Of a DNA stretch of 64,000 nt, positions 14,501-26,968 are shown piece after piece. The notes under the pieces are model-generated. The model was not told the DNA's origin, did no database searches, and saw nothing but the letters and a program-made list of their open reading frames with translations. Location of the stretch: contig NC_057755.1 in assembly GCF_004010195.1 (NCBI RefSeq), positions 7,089,653 through 7,153,652 of the forward strand, in the 5' to 3' direction. The stretch comes from Chiloscyllium plagiosum (lineage: Eukaryota). The translations under genes and the position numbers were made by a program. The number at the start of each line of letters is the position of its first letter. The stretch's first letter is position 1.

Positions 14501-17500
14501 TTGGCTGACATGAATGTTAAAATGGAGTAAACAGATGCCTTCACCTCCCACTGAAGTACTTGATCACTCCAGTTTGAGTTTAGATGACCTCCCTGTAAAT
14601 TTAGTTGATATTTGGCAAGATCAATACTATATACTGTTTGTAATTGTAAATTACCTCAGCGACAAATGTCTTCAAAACAGCCACGTACGTCAGCGACAGA
14701 ATGAAATGATGGGTGAGATTTCATGCTTTTTGACATTAAATTTAATAATACAAAATGCACAAATGAAAATTCATGAACAGACAACAAAGACCTCGATGTA
14801 CACAGGAAACAAAAATCATGTTTGCATTAGCTAACATTTTATATTTTGGGTCATACTGTAAACATTCCTGCAATAATATCTGAATGACTCCATTGGAAGC
14901 TTCCTTTGTTGGAATTGCTGCTGTCCTTTGTAAATCCTTGCATTCAGCCAGATTGAGAATAATAGAACCCACATCATGTGGATACAGGCCATTAGGCCCA
15001 ACAACCAACCCTCCAAAGAGCAACCCACCCAGACCTATTCCTGCACCCTATTATTCTAAATTTACCCCTGACTAATACACCTGCACATCCCTGAACACTA
15101 TGGCAATTTAACATGGTCCATTCACCTAATCTGCACATGTTTGGACTGTGGGAGGAAACCGGAGCACATGGAGGAAACCCGCGCAGACACAGGGAGAATG
15201 TACAAACTCCACACAGGCAGTCGTTCGAGGCGAGAATCGGAGCTGGGTCCCTTCTGCTGTGAGGCAGCAGTGCTAATCACTGATCCACTGTGATTTCTGA
15301 TCAAACAAAAAGAGAACTCCCAAAAGCACCTCTCTCAGTTGATCCCAGAAAACAGAGCCCCCATATCACCTTTTACTCTCTGCTGCTAAATCAAAAACGT
15401 TTGCCCCCCCTCTTTGAGACTCTGTGCAATCCTACTGCAGTCACTTGATATTTCATTGTCTGAGACTCTGTGAGTTTCCAACAAACTCATAAAATGGAAA
15501 AGATTCCGAACTTAAATATTCCAATTTCTAAAGAACTTCCTCTTTGCAAATTTCTGTGCCTTTGGAAATTAATGTATAATTTTAAAACGCAACGGTTATG
15601 TAGCGTCAAGCGCACATCACGCAATTTAATCTTTCTCTGGCGTGTTGATTTCATGATTGATAATCTATCTTGCAAGATTTTTGAATAAGTAATTCACCAG
15701 TTACCAGCACAAGCCAAACCAAATGTCAGAGAGTCGTGGAGATGTACAGCACGGAAACAGACCCTTTGGTCTAACTCGTCCACACAGACCAGATATCCCA
15801 ATCTAATCTATTCCCACCTGACAGCACCCAGCCCATATCCCTCCAAACCCTTCCTATTCATATACACATCCAGATGCCTTTTAATGCTATCATTGTAGCA
15901 GCCTCCACCACTTCTTCTGGCAGCTTATATCATGCATATACCACCCTCTGTGTGAAAAAGTTGCCCCTTAGATCTGTTTTATATCTTTCCCCTCTCACCC
16001 TAACAGACCAGATATCCCAATCTAATCTATTCCCACCTGACAGCACCCAGCCCATATCCCTCCAAACCCTTCCTATTCATATACACATCCAGATGCCTTT
16101 TAATGCTTTAATTATATCATGCATGTACCACTCTCTGTGTGAAAAAGTTGCCCCTTAGATCTGTTTTATATCTTTCCCCTCTCACCCTAAACCCATGTCC
16201 TCTGGTTCTGGACTCCCTCACCCCAGGGAAGAGACTTTTTCTGTTTTTCCTATCCATGCCCCTCATGGTTTTTTGATATTCTGCAAGTTCACCCCTCAGC
16301 CTCCGATGCTCCAGGGAAAACAGCCCCAGCCTGTTCAGCCTCTCCCTATAGCTCAGACCCTCCAACCTGGCAACATCCTTGTAAATCTTTTCTGAACCCT
16401 TTCATGTTTCACAATATCTTTCCGATAGGAAGGAGACCAGAATTGCACGCAGTATTCCAACAGTGGTCTAACCAATGTCCTGTCCAGTTGCAACATGACC
16501 TCCCAACTCCTGTACTCAATACTCTGACCAATAAAGGAAAGCATAACTAACGTCTTCTTCACTATCCTATCTACCTGCGACTCTACTTTCAAGGAGCTAT
16601 GAACCTGCACTTCAAGTTCTCTTTGTTCAGCAACACTCCTTAGGACCTTATCATAAAGTGTATAAGTCATGCTAAGATTTACTTTCCCAAAATGCAGAAC
16701 CTCGAATTAATCTAAATTAAACTCCAGCTGCCATTTGTCAGCCCATTGGCTAATCTGATCAAGATCCCATTGTAATCTGAGGTAACCCTCTTCGCTGTCC
16801 ACTACACCTCCAATTAACGTCTTCTTCACTATTCTATCTACGTGCGACTCTACTTTCAAGGAGCTATGAACCTGCACTTCAAGTTCTCTTTGTTCAGCAA
16901 CACTCCTTAGGACCTTATCATAAAGTGTATAAGTCCTGCTAAGATTTGCTTTCCCAAAATGCAGAACCTCGCATTAATCTAAATTAAACTCCAGCTGCCA
17001 TTTGTCAGCCCATTGGCTAATCTGATCAAGATCCCATTGTAATCTGAGGTAACCCTCTTCGCTGTCCACTACACCTCCAATTTTGGTGTTATCTGCAAAC
17101 TTACTAACGATAAATCCTATGCTCACATCCAAATCATTGCCATTAATGACGCAAGGTACTGGACCCTGCACAGATCCTTATGGCAATCCACTGGTCACAG
17201 GCCTCCAATAGGAATAACAACCCTCCACCACCACCCTCTGCCTTATAACTTTGAACCAGTTCTGTATCCAAATGGCTATTTCTCTCTCTATTCCACGAGA
17301 TCTAACCTTGCAAACCAGTCTCCCTGGAGAAATTAGTTGGCCATGGAAAGAAGAATAGCCTGACAATATAACTTGTGTTGTGAGTGCAATTCACCATGAA
17401 CGGCAATAAAGTATGAAATCATTAACTAACAAGTTGCATTCCGAAGTTAACAATTATGCATTCTGTAATGTTAGGAATTTGTAGTTTTGGCAAGGGTTTA

Positions 17501-20500
17501 TACGATCATATCAAATATAACCCATATGCAATGTCAAAGTGACACGCAAACTATACACACTTCCCATGACTTGAAACCAAGCTGACAAATCACTCAGTTT
17601 TTATCAACACCACAATCTTGTCAAGTCAACCGGGAACGGATATAAATCCCCGAGAAGGTGGTGGTGAACATGAGATCAGATCAACCACGATCGTATTTAA
17701 CTGCACACAGGCTCAAGGGGCTGATTAGAATCCTACTGCTCCTAATTTCTATGGCTGTCTTGAAAATCCAGATATATTCCTAAAAATTGACGTTCTGCCA
17801 CAGGAAAACATGAACCCACGCAAAATCTTTCATTTGCAATCATTGATGAGAAGGTAAAAAAATGCTTTCTTTTCAATCCCTTCTCCATTCTGGATAACGA
17901 CCGAGATGTGAAATGTGAGTACTAGTGAAATGCCACCAGCTAATCGGTCCAGGAAGGTTTTCTAGGAGAAAGTGAGGCCTGCAGAGTCGAGAGTGTGGCG
18001 GGTGAAAAGCACAACATTTCAGGCAGCATCTGAGGAGCAGGAGAATCGATGTTTCGGGCATAAGCCGTTCATCAGGAAACTGATGAAGGTCTTGTGCGGG
18101 AAACATCGATTCTCCTGTGCCTCGGATGCTGCCTGACGGGCGGTGCTTTTCCACCACCCCACACTCTCGACTCGGAACGTTTTCTACAGGTTTCAGGCAG
18201 ATCACTTCACCAACTGGAAGTACATTGCTGTGCTCAGGCATAAGAGACACAAAGACTTCATCTGGGAGAACACACTTGCAAGCACATTGAAAGGACAGTC
18301 ATGAAGAATTTGAATTGGACCTTGATCAGATGCTCTATTGAATTGTTCAACGTTGTAGGAGCCAGGACTTTTTGGTGGAGAACTGTTAAACCCATACATC
18401 TCTTGGTGTGAAAATTGAAACCATCAACTTGACAACTTCCAGGAGATCTTACTTCATCGAAGATCTTGAGTGACATTTGGAAAATGCAACTTAAACACTG
18501 GAGGACCTCCGAGCACGGTGTGGTAATCTAACGTTATACTCGCTTATTTGCTGCAGGTGAACAGGCCGATCTGATCCTTGTCTTCTTTGACCCAATGGGA
18601 CAAGCCTTGTGCAAACGGACGCTGAATGTTGTAGAAAAGATAAACGAGATGCACGGCGAGAAACTGAGATTCTATCTTAGCAAAGCTGATGAGGCTGGGC
18701 ACGAAAGTGACAGACAGGTATGTATTTCATTTCATGTAATTGAAGCTTCCCTTCATGGGGAATTGAATCCCTGACCCCTATGACTGTTGCATTCCAACAG
18801 AATGTAAAGCAAAAAAAACAGAAGTACGATCACGTGGTTTTCTACTGTCTAGGAATAATGTCTAAAGGTTATCATTTTATACTCACGTGCTTTAGCTAAA
18901 TAAGATGAATTATTGACAGTAAAGGAGTATTGCAAAATTAAATCATGAGGACTGAACCCCCTGCACAGTCATGTTTGTCTTGATGAGAAAATCATTTTCA
19001 GGTCCGACAGTCTAATCCCTAAAGAAGAAGCAGAAAGTGATGGAGAAATTCAACAGTTCTGGCAGCATCTGTGGAGAGAGAAAAACCGAGTCAATATTGC
19101 CATTCCAGTAGCCATACCTCAGTCTAAGACTTGATGGTTGTTGGAGACTTTACTCATTGCGTTTTTATTTTGACATCAAAGATATATTCACTGTGGGTTA
19201 AATGCAAAGTCGACTACTAAAACTGTGAGTCTAGATTAGAGTGGTGCTGGAAAAGCTCAGCAGGTCAGGCAGGATCCGAGGAGCAGGACAATCGACGTTT
19301 CGGGCAAAAGCCCTTCATCAGGAATAGAGCCTGTGGGTGATGTCGTCATCGAGCAACAGTTGCACTAAACCTCCCTGTTTGGAAGGGTGGGTGACACAGA
19401 AATCCTGATAGCATTTAAGGTGTATTTAGGGACACATTTGCAACTCCAAGGCTGACAGGGCTATGGGCTAAGTGCTGGAAAATGGGATTAAAATAGTTAT
19501 TCGGTAGATTTCTTTACAGCACAGACCCGATGGACCACAGAACTGTTTTCTGTCGTGTAGACCTATCGAAAAATGACAAGCCACATTAGAAACCAGGTCA
19601 GAGAAGGCGATATTAGAATAGGTGATGCATGATTGGTTAATGTTTTTGGGATGAAAATGAGACAGAGAGGTTAAGCAGGACATTCTGGAGCTCAGAAGAA
19701 GAAGAAGAGAAAAATAAAAGCTCTGTTCCTGAAACATCGATTTTCCTGCTCCTCGGATGCTGCTTCACCTGCTGAGCTTTTCCAGCACCACTCTAATCTA
19801 GACTCAGGTTTCCAGCATCTGCAGTCCTTGGTTTTACCTAATAAAACTGTGACACTAGTTTAGCAAGGTGTTTCTATAACAGAAATGCCACAGCTCAGGA
19901 ATGCATCTGTCAACATCCTCGTTCCATTATTGAGAATGGCGCCTTTAATTGAAAGCTTTTGAGTAAATAATGAAGTTTTTAGGAACCAATGTTGAGGTTC
20001 GATTGTGGTTCCTTCTGACACTTTCTTTCCCAGAACATGCAATGTAACAGATGAAATCCTTTGCACAGTTGTACATGAATATGCACTGCCAACGGAAATG
20101 ATTGGTATGATAAAACAGTTTACTCGATGTGTCATCCATATGTTCACATTCATAAATACTCGCGCTTCAATTGTCTATCCCCATTTCCTACTTCCCATTC
20201 TTATTTTCCCCACAACGTGACTCCACTCATTCTACTGAATGTTTTTTTGTTGGGTTGTGGATTCTTTCCGTTTTCATTTTTTTGTGACAGATCATCGTAT
20301 ACCGCACAGATTTCGGTTCTGATGGTTTGACAGACTATCGGCATGGTTTGTCTCAATGATGCTTTCAGAGTTGAAACGGAAATGAGGGACAAATCCTTCT
20401 CTCACCACGTTGTGAGTCCGTTATGTTCCCTTTCTCACCGAGCAGAGGAGGTTGGACTATTCAAGTATACAAGACTGAGTTAGATCGAGGCTTGTATGCA

Positions 20501-23500
20501 GAAGTGAATGGAATATTATGAATCGTAGAGAGGCAAGGGGAGCTAAGAGCACAGTCAGAACTGCCATAGACTTGTCTTACCTGTTCACCAGGCGACTCGT
20601 GCTGATGTGTTAATGTTATTCATCCTCAGTTTAATATTTCGGGTGGCAAATTTGCGTTGCTGCCTAGTTCTTGCTCATAATAATTGTACGTGCGAGTTGT
20701 CACAAATTTGTTTGGAACAACAAAGAGAAATTTAAACTCTTTATTTTAATTTTAAAAACAAACATGAAAACTACACAGGCTGATGCTGCTTATAAAATAA
20801 ATAGTCATCACACATTTAAATTTTAATAGACCCTGGAATTAAGCAGACGAGTTGTTTATTTATCTCATTTTTGCCTGAAGGGCCAACAAGTGTTCATAAC
20901 TGCACTTGTATTTTCTGCAAGACAGTTTTGAGCTGCTCTGAATTGACAGCCATTTATTAGTGGTGAAATTCTTTGAGAAATTCTGAGAGTTTGCGCACCT
21001 CCAATATGGTATAACCCGTTACTTTCTGATGGTATGTTCGATACTAAAGTGGGAAACGTGCTTATATTTGTCGGATAATATATTTGTTTTCATCTCTAGC
21101 GCGTAATGATGCAAATAGTGCAAGAACTGTGCAAAAGACCCGGACTCAACAAGTGTGGCTTTGATATGCCAACAATTTACATCCCAGAACCAAACAAGGT
21201 AGGGTTGCCAGTCTCAGCCGTTCACAAAATTATACAGATAACTGTAAATATATGCATGATTTATGATTTCTTAAATGTGAATATATGTATGTGTGTGTGT
21301 ATATATAAACACTTTATTTATAATACCATTATACATACATATTTATATATACATAGATAGGTTTGTTATATATGCAAAGAGTGAGCACGAGACAGAGAGA
21401 GGTGCTAGACCTAACTTAGTCCAGTATTGAAACCAAATCAACAGGTTTCATAGTGTTATATCCATGACCAATCTATTACAAACACAGCACTGATATGCAA
21501 ATCTATATCAGGATGGAGACATGCTTTGGTTCAAGCTTTGGCCGTGCAGCTGTTGTAATGTGTAAACACAACCTCTTGACAACGGGGAGTGTTCATGCCT
21601 TGGTCCGAATTTCTTGGTACCTGGATGTTTTCTTTCTGGACCCAACACGCTTCGTCTGAACTTTTCTCTAACAATGCTCCTCATACGATAAAGGGACTTT
21701 TTCGTTTTTCATTCGTGCCAACCAAACTTTAATGAGAAGGTTTTTAGTGAAAAAGGCAGAAGATAAATAATTTGTTCCATTCAGTATGTTTTCTCAGACT
21801 CTCTGTCAGACTGGGTTCAAAATTCAGCACCTTTAACTGCCATAGTTATGTGGATGAACAGAAACAGACCCTTTGATCAATGCTGACCGATATTCTACAT
21901 TAATCTAGTTCGATTTTCCAAGATTTGGCTACATCTCTTCGAATCTTCTATTCATTTCCCCCCTGCCCTTACACAGTTCTAGGGATTCACTCAATCACTA
22001 TTGGCTGGACGTGACAAATTTCCTTAATGTGACCCCACCACCTCACATTACTTGTTTAAATCTTTCCGAGTAGCTCCAACAAATCTCCCTGCCAGCATTT
22101 TTGTGCCTTTCCAACTCAGGTGCAACACATCCTTCTTAGACAGGTCACGTCTACCCCAGGAGAGATTCTAATGATCTAAAAATGTACCTGCACCCCTTTT
22201 CACCAGCTTCTCAGCCACGTATTCATCTGTTCTATCCTCCTATTCCTACTCTAACTAGCTCGTGGCATCGAGAGTAATCCGTCGAGGACCTATCTTTTAA
22301 CCTCTTGCCTATTTTCTTATATTATCTCCTCAGAATATCGTCCCTTTCTCTCCTTATATCGTATTAATGTGAGCAATGGCCTTTTGCTTGTCACTCTCCC
22401 CTATGAGAATATTCCGCATCGTTTCTAAGACATTCTTGACCCCGGCATACGAAAATGCTGTCTCTCTCTGTCTGCCCCAGAAACATCCGTTTATGCCTCT
22501 GACTAGAAATTCCCCTATTAATAATTGATTGCTTGGAATCTGACGCTGCACTCGTTACAGTTGAGCCAGTCTCTATACTTCAAACCTACTTGTCAGTGTT
22601 GCATTCCCCTAACAATCAATCCCCCTTCCACATCTTGTGACAGAACACACTTCCTGAGTTTGGGATATCCCCAAGATACTCCTACTGTGCTTGCTTATTT
22701 ACCCCCACCCCTCCCTACATCACCTTTACTACAGGCAACCCATCTACCTGACTCGATCTGCGGGCTTGGTACCTTCCTGATACATCCATCACCGAGCTTA
22801 GCTTCTGTTAATTCTGCTGTGCCAATCGATCCATGCAGTTTGATAGGATTTACAATCAACATACTCCTTGTGGGCATAATCATCAGGAACACTGACATTC
22901 TCCCTAAAATCCCACATGCGACTGGAAGAGCACATCATCTAGTAAAGTTCGTATTTGAACTCTAACAATCTACAGACCGAGGAAAAAGCACAGCTTGCCT
23001 GCTCAAAATACCTGCTGCTACAAGACAACTTAATCCCTATGCTACAATTCTTAAAAAAGTTCCATTATGAGACAGATCCCAGCAGATCGAATATAAAAAA
23101 ATCCTTACTCACTATTGTCGATTTGCTCAAATAAATAGATTAAGATTTAGGAATCTTAAAAAGAACACTGAACTGATCGCCAGCTGTGAGCAGTATCCAG
23201 TAATGAAGTCTCTCTAATGTCAGCTGTGAATTTCACAACTTGTTTGTTTTACTTGGACAGAACACCGATCTCCAAAGATGCTTGTAACTTCACAGTCAGT
23301 GAATTGTTTACTGCTCTGCCTATTTCTGGACCCTTCAGAAACAATCTGCCACGTGGTCTGCTGCACTGTCTCTTTACTCCGGTTTTAAAGTACTGTTGGT
23401 TTGATTTTTGAAGAAAGAGCTGATAAAACAGTAATTAGCGAGTTTTGAGAAGATTTGTAGCTCAGGTTGAGGTTCTGGATGTAGGTTCGCTAGCTGAGCT

Positions 23501-26500
23501 GGAAGGTTAATTTTCAGAGGTTTCATCAACCACAGGAAATGACATCACCAATCCAAGGAAACCCAAACCTATAAATAGAAAGCAGAAAACACCTAATCCG
23601 GAGGCTCACTGATGACATTACCTCGTCTGGTGACGAAATGTCTGAAAATGAACCTTCCAGCTCAGCGAGCAAAGCCTGCATCTGAAACAATAATCGCCGT
23701 TTCATGAAAGGGAACAAATGACCTCCAGCATTGAAATAAAAACTTTAAAAAAGAAGCAGCTCTTCGAGCCCCATGATTTTCTCCGATCCAGCATCTAGAA
23801 TTCAAAACAGTTAGTTTTGGGAGGCACAGAATGGTGAAACATAACAACGAGTTTTCAGAATCAGGAACATGCTCAAAGTGACACAGGTAGGACTTATACT
23901 TCCTTGTTATAGAAATTGGAAGAATACATTGACAAATTTCTTGACGGAACTGTCAGGTTTGTGGATATTGAACACAGAATTCTAAAGCCGACTTGCAACC
24001 TACAAAGTTAGGTTTCAAAGAACCTTTGGTTTATATTTCCTGAGCAAAGTTCTCTGGAATCAAATATTTTCAGAGGTCTTGGGCTCATGGAGGGTTCGTG
24101 GGAGAGGAGAGCATGTAATAGAAATGCCCATTGATTCCTTGATGTGAAGATAAGCATGGTCAACATGTTCCCTGGATAAAGCCAGCATTAACTTATCACT
24201 GTGCGTTTCCCATCTCTGTTCATATTGTTTGTATCGGCAGCCGGCTCCTTGTATGAATCGAATCCAAGAGGTCTGTACAACAATCGAAAAAACTATCAAC
24301 AGATCCGTCCAGAATACTTTGAACCAACTCGGGAAAGACTGTGAATTGATCATCTACACAGCGGAGTGTAAACTGCAGGAGAGCAGGTGAGGCTTTGGCC
24401 TGTATTATCATTCTGGTTCCGAATTTCAAGCTTCAGGCTTTGTACAGAAAGTTGGCACTGTCATTTAAAGAGCACACTGGGGCAGGGACTTAACAAGGAA
24501 AGTTTGAGTTAATGGAGACAATGTTTCTCGCTGTCATTTCAGTGAGCATGCTTCCAGGAACAGGAGGGCATGGATCAAATATATGTTTTTCAGCGCCCTG
24601 GTTTACTTGGCTCCATTATCACTGCTGACATGTTTCATCATCTCAGAAACATCAAGAGAAAATCTCGCAGATATCATCGGCGATGACTCGGCAAAAATCT
24701 TACTCATCTGGGCGGTATGGCTCTTTTGTTTGAAAAGGCATTGTCATGGCAGTGTTGGATCTCTGATACAAATCCCGTGGGGTGCCTGAGTAAATTGGGA
24801 TTGAACATATGGAGTTTAGAAGAATGAGACATGATCAAAATAAGCCACTTACAATTGTGATATACGTTGATAAGAGAAACTGCAGGAGCCTGTTTACCCC
24901 TTGTGGGTTAACAGAAATTTGGTCTAAAGCCACATAATACGGTTGTTGATCACGTAAGACTGAAATGAATCGAAATTTGTTCACTCAGATGTTGTGTAAA
25001 ATCTCTTGGTACAGCCTGCTCAGTGTTGTTAGATTAGATTAGATTAGATTACAGTGTGGAAACAGGCCCTTCGGCCCAACAAGTCCACACCGACCCGCCG
25101 AAGCGAAACCCACCCATACCCCTACATTTACCCCTTACCTAACACTACGGGCAATTTAGCATGGCCAATTCACCTGACCCTGCACATCTTTTGGACTGTG
25201 GGAGGAAACCGGAGCACCCGGAGGAAACCCACGCAGACACGGGGAGAATGTGTAAACTCCACACAGTCAGTCGCCTGAGGCGGGAATTGAACCCGGGTCT
25301 CAGGCGCTGTGAGGCAGCAGTGCTAACCACTGTGCCACCGTGCCGCCCACAGATGTAGATGTAGTCCTGCTTAAAACTGATCGATTTTTTTACATTATTT
25401 AAATGAAAACAAGGCAGATGTTAATAGGTAGGAGTGTGGAATGAGGTTCAAAGGTCAGCAATGTTTGTGCTGAACGGTGGAATATGCGTAAGTGGCTAAA
25501 ATGTAGATTTGTGCTCTATATCCTTATCGAAAATGGATTGCAAAATAAGGGGGACAGCTGCAAATGCTGGAAATCTGAAAAGAATGAACAAACAGAATAT
25601 TCCCAATGTGCCCAGTAGGTCAACCATGCTCCTGGGTAAAGACATGGAGGTTACTTCTTTGATAGAAGGTTTTTCATCCACATGACCTGCTTCTGACTAT
25701 ACACTTCACTTTTGGTAATGTTGGTGTGTCTCTTTACGGGGAACGGTTCCCGAATAGTACACAGGACAATGTCAGAGGCGTCTCGGCTCCCTCAACCGTC
25801 ATTTGACACGTCCCGTTCGTCATTAAAATATTTTTATCTTCTCTTTTTTCGAGTCATTTTTCCGGGCCATCCTGCCACACGTGCAAGTTATTGTATTTAG
25901 TTTTATGTTTCATTTAGAGAAAAGGAAGAATCTCTCTGACGTGTTTTTAAAAATATTTCGGCGGTGAATCTCAGATTCATTTTTCTCTCTGCCCAATACA
26001 TTCACATTTTTCTGAAGGTGTGGTGCTGACAACTGTCCACAATACCCCAGCTGAGGTCTAAGCTTCAATAGCTTCTATAGCTTCAACATCACCTCCTTGC
26101 TCTTGTTCTATATGCTCCTATGAATTAAAATGAAGGAAATATCTGCTTTATTTACTTTTCTCTCCCACTGTCCTGCCAACTTCGACGATCTGTGCAGATA
26201 CACCCTCACATCTCTCTGTCTCTGCACCCCCTTTAGAATTGTACCCCTATGTCTTAATTGTTCTTCCAATGTTCTTCTGACCAAAAAGCTTCACCTCACA
26301 CATCTCGACATTGAGCATCATCTGCCATCTATCTGCCCACTCCACCAACCAATCAATGCACTTTTGGAGTTACAGGCTGCCCTGCTCCACAGTTGACAAT
26401 TCTTCCAAGTTCAGTGTCTTCTGCAATACTTCTCTCTTATGATGATCCAACGTGTTATTTTGTTAAGAAACGTCCAGAATGAACGACAGTGTATCATGAT

Positions 26501-26933
26501 AGACGAAATGTGAGTTACACAAATAAGAAAATGTACGAGATGTGTCCGTCTTTTTGCTGCTCTCTTTCTCACTGTGATATTTTGGTCCTTCTTTTCTTAT
26601 CCGCAGTGGTGTGTTTCTACGATCTGGAACTGGTTAACTGGAGGCAGTTACCTCCTGGCTGCCATCATGATGATCGGGTTCATGCTCGTCTCAATGTTGC
26701 TTGCAAAGTGTTGCAACTGGTAACTATTACGTTTTCGATTTTGGGAGGTGGCAAACTGAAAATAAACAGACACGTTCTTAGGATTTATTTTGACATCCAA
26801 AGCATTTCTGACAAGATATTTAGGAAACATTCCATCAATCAGTGACAGGAATCTGGAGGGTTATGAAAGTACATTGATAAAGTGTGCAAGAGAGACTTCA
26901 TTAACAGAATTTCAGATAGGGAAGAAAGAGATC

Positions 26934-26968
<35 letters not shown>

